Positions 12,598 through 25,500 of a DNA stretch of 64,000 nucleotides are shown here, one piece after another. Positions within the stretch are counted from its first letter, which is position 1; each line of letters begins with the position of its first letter. The position numbers and the translations under genes were made by a program. Origin of the DNA: Polymyxa betae A26-41 (lineage: Eukaryota > Protista > Endomyxa: Phytomyxea); NCBI GenBank assembly GCA_003693705.1, contig RBZT01000846.1, forward strand, positions 66,329 through 130,328. Reading direction: 5' to 3'. The notes beneath the pieces were generated by a model. It was not told where the DNA came from and did no database searches. It saw only the letters and a list, made by a program, of their open reading frames with translations.

Positions 12598-14817
12598 TCA
12601 ATCACCACGAGGTCTCCGCCTCTCATTTGTGATCTGCAGCTTGGCAGTATCGGCTACCTCCTTCCCTTGATACATCGATGTGCGCACCCAATCGTTGGCT
12701 CCACATCGCCGACAGGATCTTCCTGGGTCGTGCCGGCCCAGCGCCCTACGTTAGCGCGCAATCAGTACAATGGGTGACTGGGGCGTGCGGTTAACGAACA
12801 CGTCACGATTGGAGCAGATCTTGCATTTGTGCCAGGTTTTGGCAACTGTCACTAAAGTGGTAATGTGACCCATCTCCCGACACGATTGCGGCTGCCGCTC
12901 CAGTGTGTATTTACAGTCATGACAGACATGGGCCTGTACGTTCTGGCTCCGAATTGACTGCATCTTCTCGGCCATCTGTTCCCGTGTCTGCAGCATATCA
13001 AATCGTGTCTCATTCCCCTCCCGATCGGCCTAAATCACGGACTTCGTCAACAAACCGAATCGCTGAACGCCACGTTGAACCGACCTGCTCGACCAGATGC
13101 GAGTTGATCGATTTCCGTCCCGAAACTTGTGCACGCAGAGCAGCCGTGATCGCATTCGGAGGTCGCGGTGGCGGTGCTGCCTTCACCGGGGTTGCAGTCG
13201 CTGTCCGTCCAGCATTAACAGCTGATGAGATATCCATCAGTTTCTTAGCTAACGATCATGTTGATATTAATGATATTTGTAACGTCTGTGCTGTCATACG
13301 TTGATTGGCAGAATTCGGATCCGGTGCTGATAGACTTTTTCCAGCTAATCGATGCACGGCTGCATTTGCACATTGAACAATAACCAAAGCGATAGGCGAT
13401 CCAGTACGACCTCGTAGAACGCTGGGATCCGGGGCATCCTCATCCAGGTCGATAAGGGCAGTCGCGGATAGAGCCGGATTGGATTTGGACAGGACCGGGA
13501 CCAGCACGGGGGTCTGTTTCACATAGACGGGTCGCCCTCCGACATACCCGACCTTGGGGGTCCGGTACGACGCGCTACGACCTGCTCGAAACTAGTTGTG
13601 AGAGACAAGTAGGTATTGGAGTGTGTTCGTACTGAGACATGCGATAGCAGCATGTTTAGCTTTAGATTCTTGTACAGGATCAGGAGTTGTTAGACGTGGT
13701 CTCTTTGTATTGGATTTCATGATAGCAGCTAATGCAGATGATGTCGCTGATCTCGACCGAGTATTACCAGCAGATGATGTCTCACTCGTTATCTGATTCC
13801 TTGCAGATCCATGTTGTAGATCCATACGTCCTGATGACATAGACTTATCTATGACATTATATCAACTATATCATATCACATATACGGGCGGCGGTCGTAC
13901 AGGCCGCCTGCACATGGTAACCGCAATATCCGCCTTTGCGTTCATCAACAGCGATCGTACAACGTTTGCCATCCTTCTTACGGCCCCTGAATTGGGTCAG
14001 ATCCGTGATCAAGATCCCGTGCTGGCCCATGTGGCGGCTTACTTGCAGATGGCGAAATCAGCGCAGGGACCGATTTGAAGGATTTGATCGGGATCATCAA
14101 TTGAGATGGTAACGAGTTGCTGAGTCCCGCTTGTGTTACTGTCATTAGTGCCACGATACGGTAACCGTTTCCCGTTACCGATACACAGGACATGGCCGAT
14201 CTCAGCCCCGGTTTTCAACCTATTCCAGGTAAGTCTGGCCCCAAACTGGGGTCATGGGGTCACCTACGTCTCGAAGGCGTTATCGAAAGCCAATAAACGA
14301 AATGTGTGATCATTGAGGTCTGATCTCCCACTGAGTATCATGATGACAGTGTTACACATCTTACTCTTACCAGTGAGCAGTAACGATAGGAACATCTTGG
14401 CAGCTTTAGCCTAAAACCTGTATATGAGGATATCGATATCAATATCAAATATGAACCCAAACCGTAGTTTTAAGTTCGAGTGCCGCGACGACCCCGAATA
14501 CAGCCCAATTAGTAGATGAGGTGGTATCTCGCATTGATGTTAGATTAGGGATCTTAACAATCTTCACATTTCTAATAGACGTGTTATGAGATGAGATCAG
14601 ATAGATGGTATGATATAGAGAACCTGAGAGACATTTGTACTGAATCACTGGATGATAGACGATGTTTGACACGATATCCTGAATATGGACATACACATGA
14701 TGTAGATGATGTGATTGCAGATGGAATAGGTCTGGGATCAGGGGCGGTATTACCTCCATCATTGTCTTGTTCATCTATGAGACCCACTAATAGATCCAGA
14801 TCATCATCAGACAGCAT
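12598..14817 (-). CDS. MCM10: Minichromosome maintenance protein 10
   Basis: CPYSGYRVKHR, NWAVFGVV OB fold, IG..DFAIC..KDGKRCTIAVD..YCGYHV zinc finger, C-terminal CHDCKYT..C..GH..KCKIC..CRRCGANDWVRTSM; many introns. Confidence 0.85.
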
Positions 14818-15344
14818 CTGGAACAGACCTGACCCCGGGACCCCAACTTGGGGTTCAATTAATTGCGATATAGAGCTCGGGGGGGGGGGGACCCATCACC
14901 CCATCACCCCATCATCTTCATTACTATACAATACAATACTATATGAATTTAATAGGCGCTATACAAGATATTCATAACAGAGACCTATCAATAATCCGAT
15001 TTCCTCAAAACTGTAGTAACAATCGTGGGTCGTCGAAGGCGAAACGCCGTCGCGCGTCCCCGATTGTCTTGCGAGGTCCAGTACTACGGGGAGTCACGGG
15101 CCTTCTCTCCCGCTCTCATAAGAACCCAGGCGTCCATCGCCTGTGTATAGATCCACCCGCTCCGACCTCCCTCGTCAGTACAACCCGCGCTGGGCATACT
15201 GGCCCCGGTTCGGTGGAGACCCCCGAGAGACAAAGGACCCAGTGCTGCCCGCATTCGGACTCGGGATCTGGATTAGGTGGGGACGACTGATCCGTACTCG
15301 CCTCCCTGGTCCGGGCTTGCTGGGCGCTGTCAAGGACGTGATCA

Positions 15345-16705
15345 ATGACGGAGAATGGGATCGCCCCGCTACCCCTTTATTTTAATGATTCATCACGACA
15401 TTTTGTAGCTGGTTCGGTGTGTTCATGTTCAATATCTGTATGATGTTATTAATAATCACTCATATATAGGCATCTGGCATGATTGCCAAATATATCGAAT
15501 ATCCCGCCGATACCATCAAGGTGAGATATTGGGGGTGCAGGGACCAGCATTCCCCCGGTATGTGTGTTGATATCATGTTATAGGTTCGATTACAGACAGA
15601 ACCTGGTAAATTCCCAAGTGCTATTCCATGTATAATGGATACATATAGACGTGGTGGTATTATATCATTCTATAAAGGAATATCTGCACCACTTATTGGA
15701 GCTGTATTCGAGAATGCTATTGGATGTATGAGACATATTATATACAGACATACTAGATACTGAGCATGTTATTATATAGTTGGTGCATATTCATATACAA
15801 GTACAATATTAGGTGAATCAGATCCCAGGTTGGTCATATCACTAAGTCCTTATTATGTCTAATTCGTATGATTTATATAGGACAGCACCAATATCAATAG
15901 TAGGTCTAGCTGGTGCTAGCTGTGGTGCTGTTATCAGTTTCTTTCAGACACCATTAGAGGTCAGTGGGGGTGTTCGCCATCGCTAGGGTTCCAGGGTTTA
16001 AGGTTTCCCTTTCAGCTAATCAAATGCCGAATGCAATCGGGCCTAACTCAGGTCCGATATCATGGTACATTCGATTGTCTAATGCGGACTATACACGAAG
16101 ATGGACTACGTAGTGTATTCCGCGGTCTCAGCTCCACATTGATACGCGAGGTACTGGCCCACCCCCGCCCGCATCTGCCTGTTGCATTGTCTGATCATAG
16201 TACAATAGATTCCGGGATCAGCGACGTATTTCATCATGTATGAGGTCGGAGTCCGAGCTATGTGCCGTGATCATCCGGATCAACGTGGCTCCATTCCGAT
16301 CATGTTGGCGGGTCTGTTACAGGGGGTCGTACTGAACCGCTCCGGATGATTGAATGGTGCGGTGTAGGATCGTTAGGTGGTGCTGGATATTGGCTGGCGG
16401 GATATCCAGCTGATGTTATTAAGAGTAGGCAACAGACGGGACATCCAGGTCTGTGTCTATGCTAGGGTTTAGGGTTCTATCATTACACCTGACTCTATGT
16501 ATGTCAGGATCGTTTATGCGTATTGCCAATGTTATATATCGTCATGAAGGATTAGCTGCGTTTTTCAAAGGTCTCTCATTAACATTATTTAGAGCAGGTA
16601 ACATTACATTATTGTGTCGGGGTCCGTGACGCACTTCCTTATATAGCACCCGCGAATGCCGCCGTCTTCCTCGTCTACGAATACGCTCTCAAATACCTGC
16701 CTTGA
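15345..16705 (+). CDS. Mitochondrial carrier (SLC25), ornithine/basic amino acid type
   Basis: Three signature motifs PADTIK, PLELIK, PADVIK; ENA and REIPG contact residues; 9 introns. Confidence 0.85.
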
Positions 16706-16991
16706 TCGCACTTCCATCTGACCGTGTGGTGCTGGCCCGCGCCATTACACGCACAATTCCCGAGAGAGAGAGAGAGAGGAGAGGGCAGTTCCATGATAGC
16801 CCCGCCATACACATGTATATCCATAAATTATTCGCACTTGTTTACTGTCCACATTTGGACGCGTGCGCGTTCTGTCCCATGTCGTGGGCCGTACTGTCCC
16901 CCAGGATACTAGCCACATGTTGACACCGAACTGCATCTGTCTCGGAGTCTGGGGAGGTGGTCACATAATCACATAACGTCATTCGAGGGGG

Positions 16992-17995
16992 ATGTCGTCG
17001 GATGTCATGCGTCAGGCTGTTCAAGATGTCGTGGCCGGGTCGGTCGGGGGCGTACTGGCCGCCCTGGTCGGACATCCGTTCGATACGATCAAGGTCCGGT
17101 TGCAGACGCAGCCGGTGCTGGCCCCGGTCTATGGTGGATTCGGTGATTGTATTCGACAGACGTGGTCTATGGAGGGTGCATCTGGATTCTATCGTGGATT
17201 AACATCACCATTATGTGGAATGTTAGTATTTAATGCTGTACAGTTTATGGCATATGGACAGGCTCGTGATTGGGTTCAGACCAGGAAACACGATCTCCAG
17301 CTTACTGATTATATAGCCTGTGGTGCATGGACTGGGGTTGCTGTTAGTGCTGTTGAATCACCTATGGATCTTGGTACTATTATATCTGTATGATGTATAG
17401 AGACTATATACTAATACAATGTGTATTGTAGTGAAATCTCAAGTTCAAGTTCAAGTCTTCAAACGATCATCTGGTGTCAATGCGCTCTATTTCACAAGTG
17501 CATTAGATGCTGGTAATCAGATATGGAATCTAACAGGATTACGTGGAATATATCAAGGTCTTGGAGCTACTCTACTCAGAAATGTACCCGCTGTCTCACT
17601 CTATTTCGGTACGGAACAGTCATACCCGCCCCTGACCTGATACTCATCATAGTCCTGTAGGTGCCTATGAACAAACCCGTCGATCGTTCGCCGGTCCGGA
17701 TCGTGATGTCACGGATCTGTCGTCGTTAGAACTATTATGTTCTGGTGGTGTTGCTGGTGTTTGTTATTGGCTATTTACATATCCAGCTGATATTATTAAG
17801 AGCACAATGCAGACCGATTCTGTAATTCGTGATCAGAGACAATATAAATCTATATGGGATTGTATACGAGGTCTGTATGCAGATGGTGGTCTACCTCGAT
17901 TCTTTCGTGGTCTAACTCCATGTATGCTACGTGCATTCCCAGCTAATGCTGCATGTTTCTGGGGAGTCGAACAAACACGCAAATTGTTCACATAA
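16992..17995 (+). CDS. Mitochondrial carrier (SLC25), carnitine/acylcarnitine-like
   Basis: GHPFDTIKVRLQTQ, PMDLVK, YWLFTYPADIIKS, RAFPANAACF; 2 introns. Confidence 0.9.
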
Positions 17996-18048
17996 AGAGA
18001 TGCAGAGTCTGTATTACTGAATTAATACAAATACAATGATGAGAGAGA

Positions 18049-19062
18049 TCAGGCTGATGGTTGACGTTCTAACTCTCTTTCAAGAGCTGCATTATCCGCA
18101 CGAATGGCTTCGTCCACATCATCGGTCTGGACCGGGGCCTGTACGCACGTCAGTTGATCGAAGCAGATTGCGTGATGCTGGACCTTGGCGGCCGAATCAA
18201 TCGATCGCATGAGTTCATCATCGAATTGAGAGGAGGAGGCTGTATCAGCACCGCTCTCGGCTGTAGCTGGCTCATCCTGCTTAGAGACGGCATCACCCGT
18301 ACTCACATAGTTCGAATCCATCTTCACGAACACTGTATAGAACGGTTAATGAGCGTGTCCAGGCGATGCGATTGAGGGCCAGTACGTACGTGTACGTCCA
18401 TCGAAGCTGACCTCGTTCAATGCCTTGATGGCGGCCTCGGCATCCGATTTTCGTGCGAACAGAACCTTGGACATCCCCATGCTCTGATTATCGCGTTTGA
18501 ACAGATTCACGTCCAGGACGGAACCGAAACTGCTGAACGCGGCCCGAATCTGATCCGCCGTGGTCGTGTACGACATGTTCGAGACGAAGATCTGCGATCC
18601 CGGGCCCTGTTTGACGGCCCGAATATTGGGCGACGGGCCAGTTTGACTGGCCAATGATGCCGCCGATGTAATCTGGATCTGAACACCATTAAGCATAGTT
18701 CCATGACGGCGATGTTCGTCCAGAGCCTGTTCGGCTTCTTCGTATGTGTTGAACTTGACCACGGCTGTACGAGCGAATGCCCCCTGTGGAGTGCTGGGGT
18801 CACGGGTCAGTAGGGGCAGGATTTTAGGGTTTCGTTCTTACAAGTTCATGGTGATAGAACGTACACGTGCTTGACGTGAGAATAGATGATGAATCTCTTG
18901 AGCTTGTGATGATGATGATAGATCACATAGATACAGATCTTTAGATCCAAGACGACGTCGTACATTCGGGGCGGCACCATTTTCAGAGGTGTTGGCGACT
19001 ATTGCCCCAGCTTCAGCTGACAGATAGCGACGTGCCCATTTCATTGCCCATGATGATGCCAT
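18049..19062 (-). CDS. Two-RRM RNA-binding protein, possible mitochondrial presequence
   Basis: DLYLCDL..AVVKFNTYEEAEQAL and QIFVSNMSYTT..GMSKVLF..AEAAIKALN; N-terminus WARRYLS; intron 18794-18841 plus two others. Confidence 0.8.
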
Positions 19063-19403
19063 GACGATATCCACAAACCAAGATCAAGTTCAAGGTGCCC
19101 AATGGTGCTGCGACGGACTCCGCCTCGCACTACCCATTCAGAGGGTGGTGGTTCCGTAAGGCACAGATCGTTATACACATCAAATATGCGGCTCTATCAC
19201 AAATAATGTGCTGGCATGGTTTACATGGAGAATCAACAATCTATATAGAAACTTTGCAACAGAACCTGAAAATCACCAGACATCGTTTGGAAGAAGCAGA
19301 ATAGGATCTTGTCACAATATAGAGAAATATGAAAGTGTCAGTAAGCGTAGGTTGAGCATAGCGTTGGGTGGATTAGTGGTATGGCGATTTACTTAACACT
19401 AAT

Positions 19404-20156
19404 TTAATCTCGTTGCGAAATCTTCTGCAAATGAGTTTCGATCTCGTCGGCGGTCAGAATCGTGAATCTACCCTGATTGACGCCTTTACGACAAACGGCA
19501 ACTTCGATATCGTTCATCTTCAGATCGCTTCCGATCACGGTTTGCAGCGTCACTACGGCTGTCTGCATAACCTGATCGAAATTCATAGCCGAGCTATCCT
19601 GCGCCTTAAGCTGTTTCTCGAGTATATTGGTAGCTTCTTGTTCTTTCTGACCGGCTGAGCAAGCCTTATATCCACAGAAATGCCCAGCTGGATCAATACG
19701 ATATAGACTTGGGCCATCCTCTTCATCAATCTGGCACAGAATGCAAATAACACCCAGAGCACGCTTGAAGGCGTGCTGAGTGTAAAGTTGCCCAATATCA
19801 GCCAGACGTTGGGCTAATACAGCAGCCGGCATATCGTAGCCGTTTTTATACTTGAATTCAGCCGCTTCATAGCGAGCTCGTTTCACAAAATTGAGCGCAT
19901 CGCCATACAGACCGGTCATCATAGCGCCGATGGTTTGAGAGATGGGGAACATGTGTGTTACCGAGGTCGGATCCAAGAGAATATCAGGCACCTTCTTTTG
20001 GCAAACCAGGACGACGGAATCAGCGCCGCGAGCCCCGACACACGTCAGAGCAGAGGCCTTGACGGCCTTGAACGCGTACTCGACCTGGTAGAGGCGGCCC
20101 TCGGGCGAGAAGATGGTGATCTGACGATCATAGCCGGCCGACGACCCTCGTGACAT
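19404..20156 (-). CDS. PSMA6: 20S proteasome subunit alpha-1 (alpha type 6)
   Basis: MSRGSSAGYDRQITIFSPEGRLYQVEYAFKAVK; intronless 250 aa. Confidence 0.97.
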   Translation of the reverse strand: MSRGSSAGYDRQITIFSPEGRLYQVEYAFKAVKASALTCVGARGADSVVLVCQKKVPDILLDPTSVTHMFPISQTIGAMMTGLYGDALNFVKRARYEAAEFKYKNGYDMPAAVLAQRLADIGQLYTQHAFKRALGVICILCQIDEEDGPSLYRIDPAGHFCGYKACSAGQKEQEATNILEKQLKAQDSSAMNFDQVMQTAVVTLQTVIGSDLKMNDIEVAVCRKGVNQGRFTILTADEIETHLQKISQRD

Positions 20157-20394
20157 TCTCTCAAGATGATAATGAATGGAGATCTCCTTTCTCTCTTAAT
20201 AGCCTTTATGTCACGCAATACAACTGTAGCATAAACAAAGAGCAGGGTCGCGCTCACACACCCAGCAGCCCTCCTTTGATACTTTTTTGCAACTTTTTAT
20301 GGGGCGCGGCCGCTTGGGGAGCAGCCATGTGAAGAGGAAAGTTTTATAAAGTTTCGAAATGTTTTTTCAGATAAACAATGTTTAGAGGCGGAAG

Positions 20395-21285
20395 CTAATC
20401 GGCTTTGTTCATGGAGCTCTCCAGCTTTTCGAGCTGCTCGCGGCTGGCTTTTTCGACAGGCTCGTCGACGAGTTCTTTGACGCCTTTCACTTCCGGGCAG
20501 TAATGCATGAGCATGCTCTCGATGCCGCCCTTTAAAGTGACTGATGAGCTCGGGCAGCCAACACAAGATCCCTGAAGCTGTAGATGCACATAACCTAACT
20601 AATATCAAACACTATGGGCTGTGACTTCCCAACACCAAACCATCTTTGAATCCATGATAGACAATATCACCTCCATCTTCTTGGATATATGGACGAATTC
20701 GCTTTCAAGCGACATCAACGATATATAGGGAGATGAAATGACAATCTTACCGTCTCGATCAGCTCTTTGATCATGGCGGTCGTATCATCATCTGTTTCCA
20801 GAATCTTGGTATCTTGATTCGGTTCAGAGATGGAGGCAGCATCCTCCAGGATCGGATTGCCAGAAGCAAAAAAATTCTCCAACGAGGCGAATATATCTGG
20901 CTTTAAGATAGGCCATTGGGCTGAATCGCTCACAGTAACTGCAATGAAATCACCTAAACAATCATTCATTGATCATTTCATGTATGATAGAGACGACCTC
21001 GTACCGCCAATAAGCACATTCTTAACATCGGAATGTCGGAATAAAGCTCGAGCTAAGGGGGATTTTTGAGCTGATTTGAACGAATTGAAATCAGCGCTGG
21101 CCGACCCTTCCAGCAGCTTACGCCTAGATCAGGAAATAAATGCAGACTCCCGGAGCGGCGATTGGCCATCCTAACCCGGGGAAGAACTTGAGACTCGATG
21201 GATTCGGCGTCTCTTGGACCTGAATAAACAGGCAACGAACAGCAGGCCTAATGCCGGCCTGTAGCCAATGCCGACCAAACAGCAT
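20395..21285 (-). CDS. NFU1: Mitochondrial NifU-like Fe-S scaffold
   Basis: [23 protein letters not shown]|[39 protein letters not shown]; presequence-like start. Confidence 0.93.
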
Positions 21286-21572
21286 TTGAATGAGATGAAA
21301 CCACGACCAGATTCAGATATTATGTGCGCTGAATTTCAATTCTATCATTTCCACATTTCGAAATCGCTGTATATAGATCATTAAACAGACGATGGAAGGT
21401 TATCGTTATGATGTATGGCAATTGCAATGCACATATCAGCTATGAAATCGATCAGATGAGTGAATAGTTTGTTAATGTCGTGGTAGAGGCACGTGTCAGT
21501 ATCTTCTAGAACTATTCTATCATAATATGGGCGAATCCACACCCCAATCTACTTCTGATTGTTATCAGCGTC

Positions 21573-22363
21573 ATGCTTCAGTGCAAGCCGCACGATGCAT
21601 TCCAAAACCCAGGTCGCGATCGTCTGCCATTCTCTACCAACCGTGATTCCTCACCTGATCGTATTAGTGACGATTCTCAAAGGGCGCCATTCGATCATTG
21701 GGGGCACAGAAAAAGTCATGATATCAAAGAAGCCGCCCAATTGTTGCTCAACGACTCGGCTTTTGACGAGCCTAAACGGCTGCTACTGAATTTATCTGCC
21801 GACGATTCGCAGGGCTTCAAGGTTTCCTTTCGCTTGAAGGTTCAAAGTCAGAATCAAAGCGTTATGATCAGGTGGAATCGTTTGATGTCGTGTCGACCAA
21901 AGAGCTTATCGACACAGTCGGAACGGGTGCTGCCATCATTGAAAAGAACTTCTCGTCGTCAACAGCTCGTCGTCTGGCCGATAGGACCTTAGTTCCTGTT
22001 TACACGGTTTGTGATGGGGTACTCCGAATAATACCTAAACTATTGGAAACACCACAAATCAACAATAACAAGGCAAGCCTTGAAGGTGATATGCCTATCA
22101 AGAGCATTGTATTACACTGATGCCGAATAGAGCAAACATGCCTTGAAAACGGTCTGGATGGGGTGAAGGAAAGAATAAGCAAAATTGTGAATGCCATGAA
22201 TGAAGCAAAGCTGCATAAAAAGCGCCCATCGTATGTTCTAAAGGCGTTCCGAACAATACTGCTTCATCAAAAGGGAAATAGTCAATTAGCCATTCCATTG
22301 GTCGTCGGATTGCTGTTCTTTCTCATTCTTATTTCTTGGGTTCTTAGCCATCGTTCTATCTGA
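21573..22363 (+). CDS. Hypothetical tail-anchored protein
   Basis: Three ORF pieces splice in frame through two introns and end in a single C-terminal TM (LAIPLVVGLLFFLILISWVL). Confidence 0.5.
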
Positions 22364-22511
22364 AGGTACACAAACTGCTGTAGCCAGATCTCGAATCAAG
22401 CTAATAGGACACTTAGGTTGCGGGAAATAGGAATACTCAACAGCTAGCCATAATTTTGATAATTAATTGTTTGCATAAATATATTCCTTGATTATCTAAC
22501 CAGTTTGGATT

Positions 22512-25500
22512 TTACGACGAAACTGACAACAAGTCTTTGTATCCTATGAAGCCAGAATTCGTCAAATGCATACCTGGATACGAAGGCTGTTGCTTACCAT
22601 CTCCGAAAGAAACAAAATCGGAAAGCAACAGTTGATCGATGAATCCTAGATCAGGAGGTGTCGCTGTAATGCTTTGGGACGATATGTGTGCGCTGACCTA
22701 ATGCAGATATATTAATGAAAATAATTGGCACAGTAAAAGCCTACTTCGAAATGGAACTGCCGCAATTGAGCTGCTGATACAATCCTCCTCATTGTCAGTA
22801 AAGGTCGCCTTAAAACTGAGCTCTTAGCGAATGTGGCGTGCAGGGAAACATCTGACTCAGATCCTCTCCGAGACTCTGTTTTGAAAAATAAGACCAGGCA
22901 TTTTTGTTTCGAAGGAAATGGCAGACCTGAGCTTGCTGTTCCATCTGAGAACTGTGGTTCTGTCCTCAATCGTCGACCAAGATATCTAACATGCGGCTGA
23001 AAGCAATTGAACGAATTATAATTGAACAGTTTAGTAATCTCAGCATCTTCAGCAGATTTTTCGTTTGACTATGGAGAAATCTCAGTAAGCGGTAAAACAT
23101 TTTCGTAAAGTGAAGACCTGAGAATGTGGATCAACGGCGGGTCCCTGTTCGAACTCAGAACTGCTGTCACCTAAAGCCAAACGGTCGACAATAAACATCC
23201 ATTGGTATAGATGAAAATGGGATGGCAACAATACTACAATAGCAATGAGACATGATGGAAAAGAGAGTATCATTCCTCACCAAGCGCAAGATCGACAAAT
23301 TTACAGGCCTCCATAATAAGATCGAGATCAGAACTTTCATCGAGGATAGAAATAACCTCTACAAGTACTACAGGCCTGTAGATTATGAGATAGAGATCCA
23401 TATTAGTGCGATGCATAGAGACCAGATTGTCTTAAGATTCTCAGGACTAACACGAGCAAGCAAGATTCTGACACAGAACAAGACTTGAACATGTAATATT
23501 GCGGCATCTTCGAGCTTCAGCGATTCAACTAGCTGGTGAACGAAATAAGAAGGTCATGCAATATAGATATGAACGATACCTTTTCAACTATAGCTGGTAA
23601 ATGCCTCGAATATTCGTCTATCCGTCCAGCATGAATCATAAAGCTTAACCGTTTGAGCTGACGAGCCCGAGCTAACACGTCCGTTTTATGTGAAGTGAAC
23701 ATGAGAACTTGTGGATTTATAGGTCTTCCCATTAGCTGTTCCGTCAGTAAAGTTGGATCCTAAAAAGCATTAGGCATTGAAAAGTGTTCCATTAAACAAG
23801 TGACCTCAGTGACAATTTGTGACATGATTTTACGCCATTGCATAAGACTATCAATTGAGGCATCAAAGAAATCGTTATGTTGGAATGCATTCCAGCATTC
23901 CTTCTTATAAACCTTCAGTGAGAACTTGAACTAGTTTCATACTCAGTAAACACGCAATCCAATAATAATCAATGCAGCTACCTTCTTGACAGAGAATGAA
24001 GCAATAAAAGCGGCAGCTGCGGCTGCATAGTCTAATTGGTCGATTGAACGATTGTCGATGTTCAAAAAGACATATGGAAGTAGTAAACCAAGCATAGAGC
24101 ACGCCCTACCATTTATGAGGAATGACGAGATGCTTATTACAAAGATACCTTTCTTCATCCTCGGAAGAATTTCCACCCCAAACAAGGCTGAAGATATCAG
24201 CTGAAACATTTGACACAGAGCGCAGTGCAAGCAATCGAACTGTAACAGGAGAAGCGAAGGATGACGACATTAACCACTTTGGATGTTTTTGAGAGATGCT
24301 TTCAAACAAAATTATAATTATACCGATGGTGTAGGAGGGTAGTCATCATCAGTATCTTCTTCTTCAACGGGTTTCTGGTAAGACAGCGAACACGGTTTTG
24401 GCAGATCAGGCACAACTGCAATCTCTGAAGCTCCCTAAAAAATCAAATAAGAGCTCCATCAAGAAAGACCCAACAATCATGCCTTCACGAAAAGGTTACT
24501 GGCTAATGTGAACAGAGTTTGGATCATTTCCCGAATATCCTTGAGCGATTTTGGATCAACTCTTTGCCAATTTGTACGGAGAACAAATTCATGAGTGATA
24601 GAGAGTAACCATAATGAAGGGTGTATAACAGCACTGGAGAATCATGAGGCCTGACAAGATACGTAATAGAAAAGCAGTTACCTGCTCGTTCCCGAAGAAA
24701 GAACCTTCTGTAGTTGTATTAACTTGGCCCAACATTCAGTCTGAGATAAAAATCAGCATTAAAAAAAATAAAACGAGTGAAAATGGATTTTTACAATTTT
24801 AGCTGAAATCTTACAGTTACGCATGTACTGATCGAGGAAATGCAGGATTGCTGTATCGGATGGTTTCGGAATATTTGTGCCTGATTCTGCTAACGGAGAA
24901 GCTGCGGAGGCAGTTTCTTGAAGTATCGTAGAAATGGTAATTAATGTGGAAAGTATACAATCAGGAGTGGCTGCAGGTAGAATCTCGATAATCTCACATA
25001 GTGAGCTCATATCTACACGATAGCGTCAATAGACTATTCAGCAAATCTTATGCTTTACCATTGTCATATTGACGGGCATGAGCTTCCCATGAAGACAGCA
25101 ATGCATTTGTAATTAGAACAGGACTTTCGACTAAGAGAGGGTTCAAGAACGAGACGATCAGGTCTATTGCGTTGGAGGACGCCTAAAAGCGGAATTGACA
25201 AGGATATCAGAATGTTCAATCCACCTACAATGTCAACATTGTGCGAATGTGAATGTGATGACACAGAAGTGACAGAGGTCTTTCTGGGCGATTTATCTGG
25301 CAGCAAAGACCAAATGTACAGGATCACCTAAGAAGGAAACCGTCAAATTCAATACGTCATGATTGAAAATGATACGATCGTACATCTACGACTAAAGGTA
25401 AAATCCCTTGAATAGCATTGGAGGAAGATGAGGAGTCTTTTGAGCTTTTAGCTTCCAAAGAAGGCTCTGTTTCGTTGCGATTTACAGAAGAAGAAAATAT

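Noticed and set aside
14247-14261. 15-bp GACCCCATGACCCCA shared (inverted) with 47948-47962
   Set aside because: A few 15-bp matches are expected by chance in 64 kb; no further support.
16762-16782. (GA)n microsatellite, with similar tracts near 38000 and 59030
   Set aside because: Ordinary short simple repeats in spacers.
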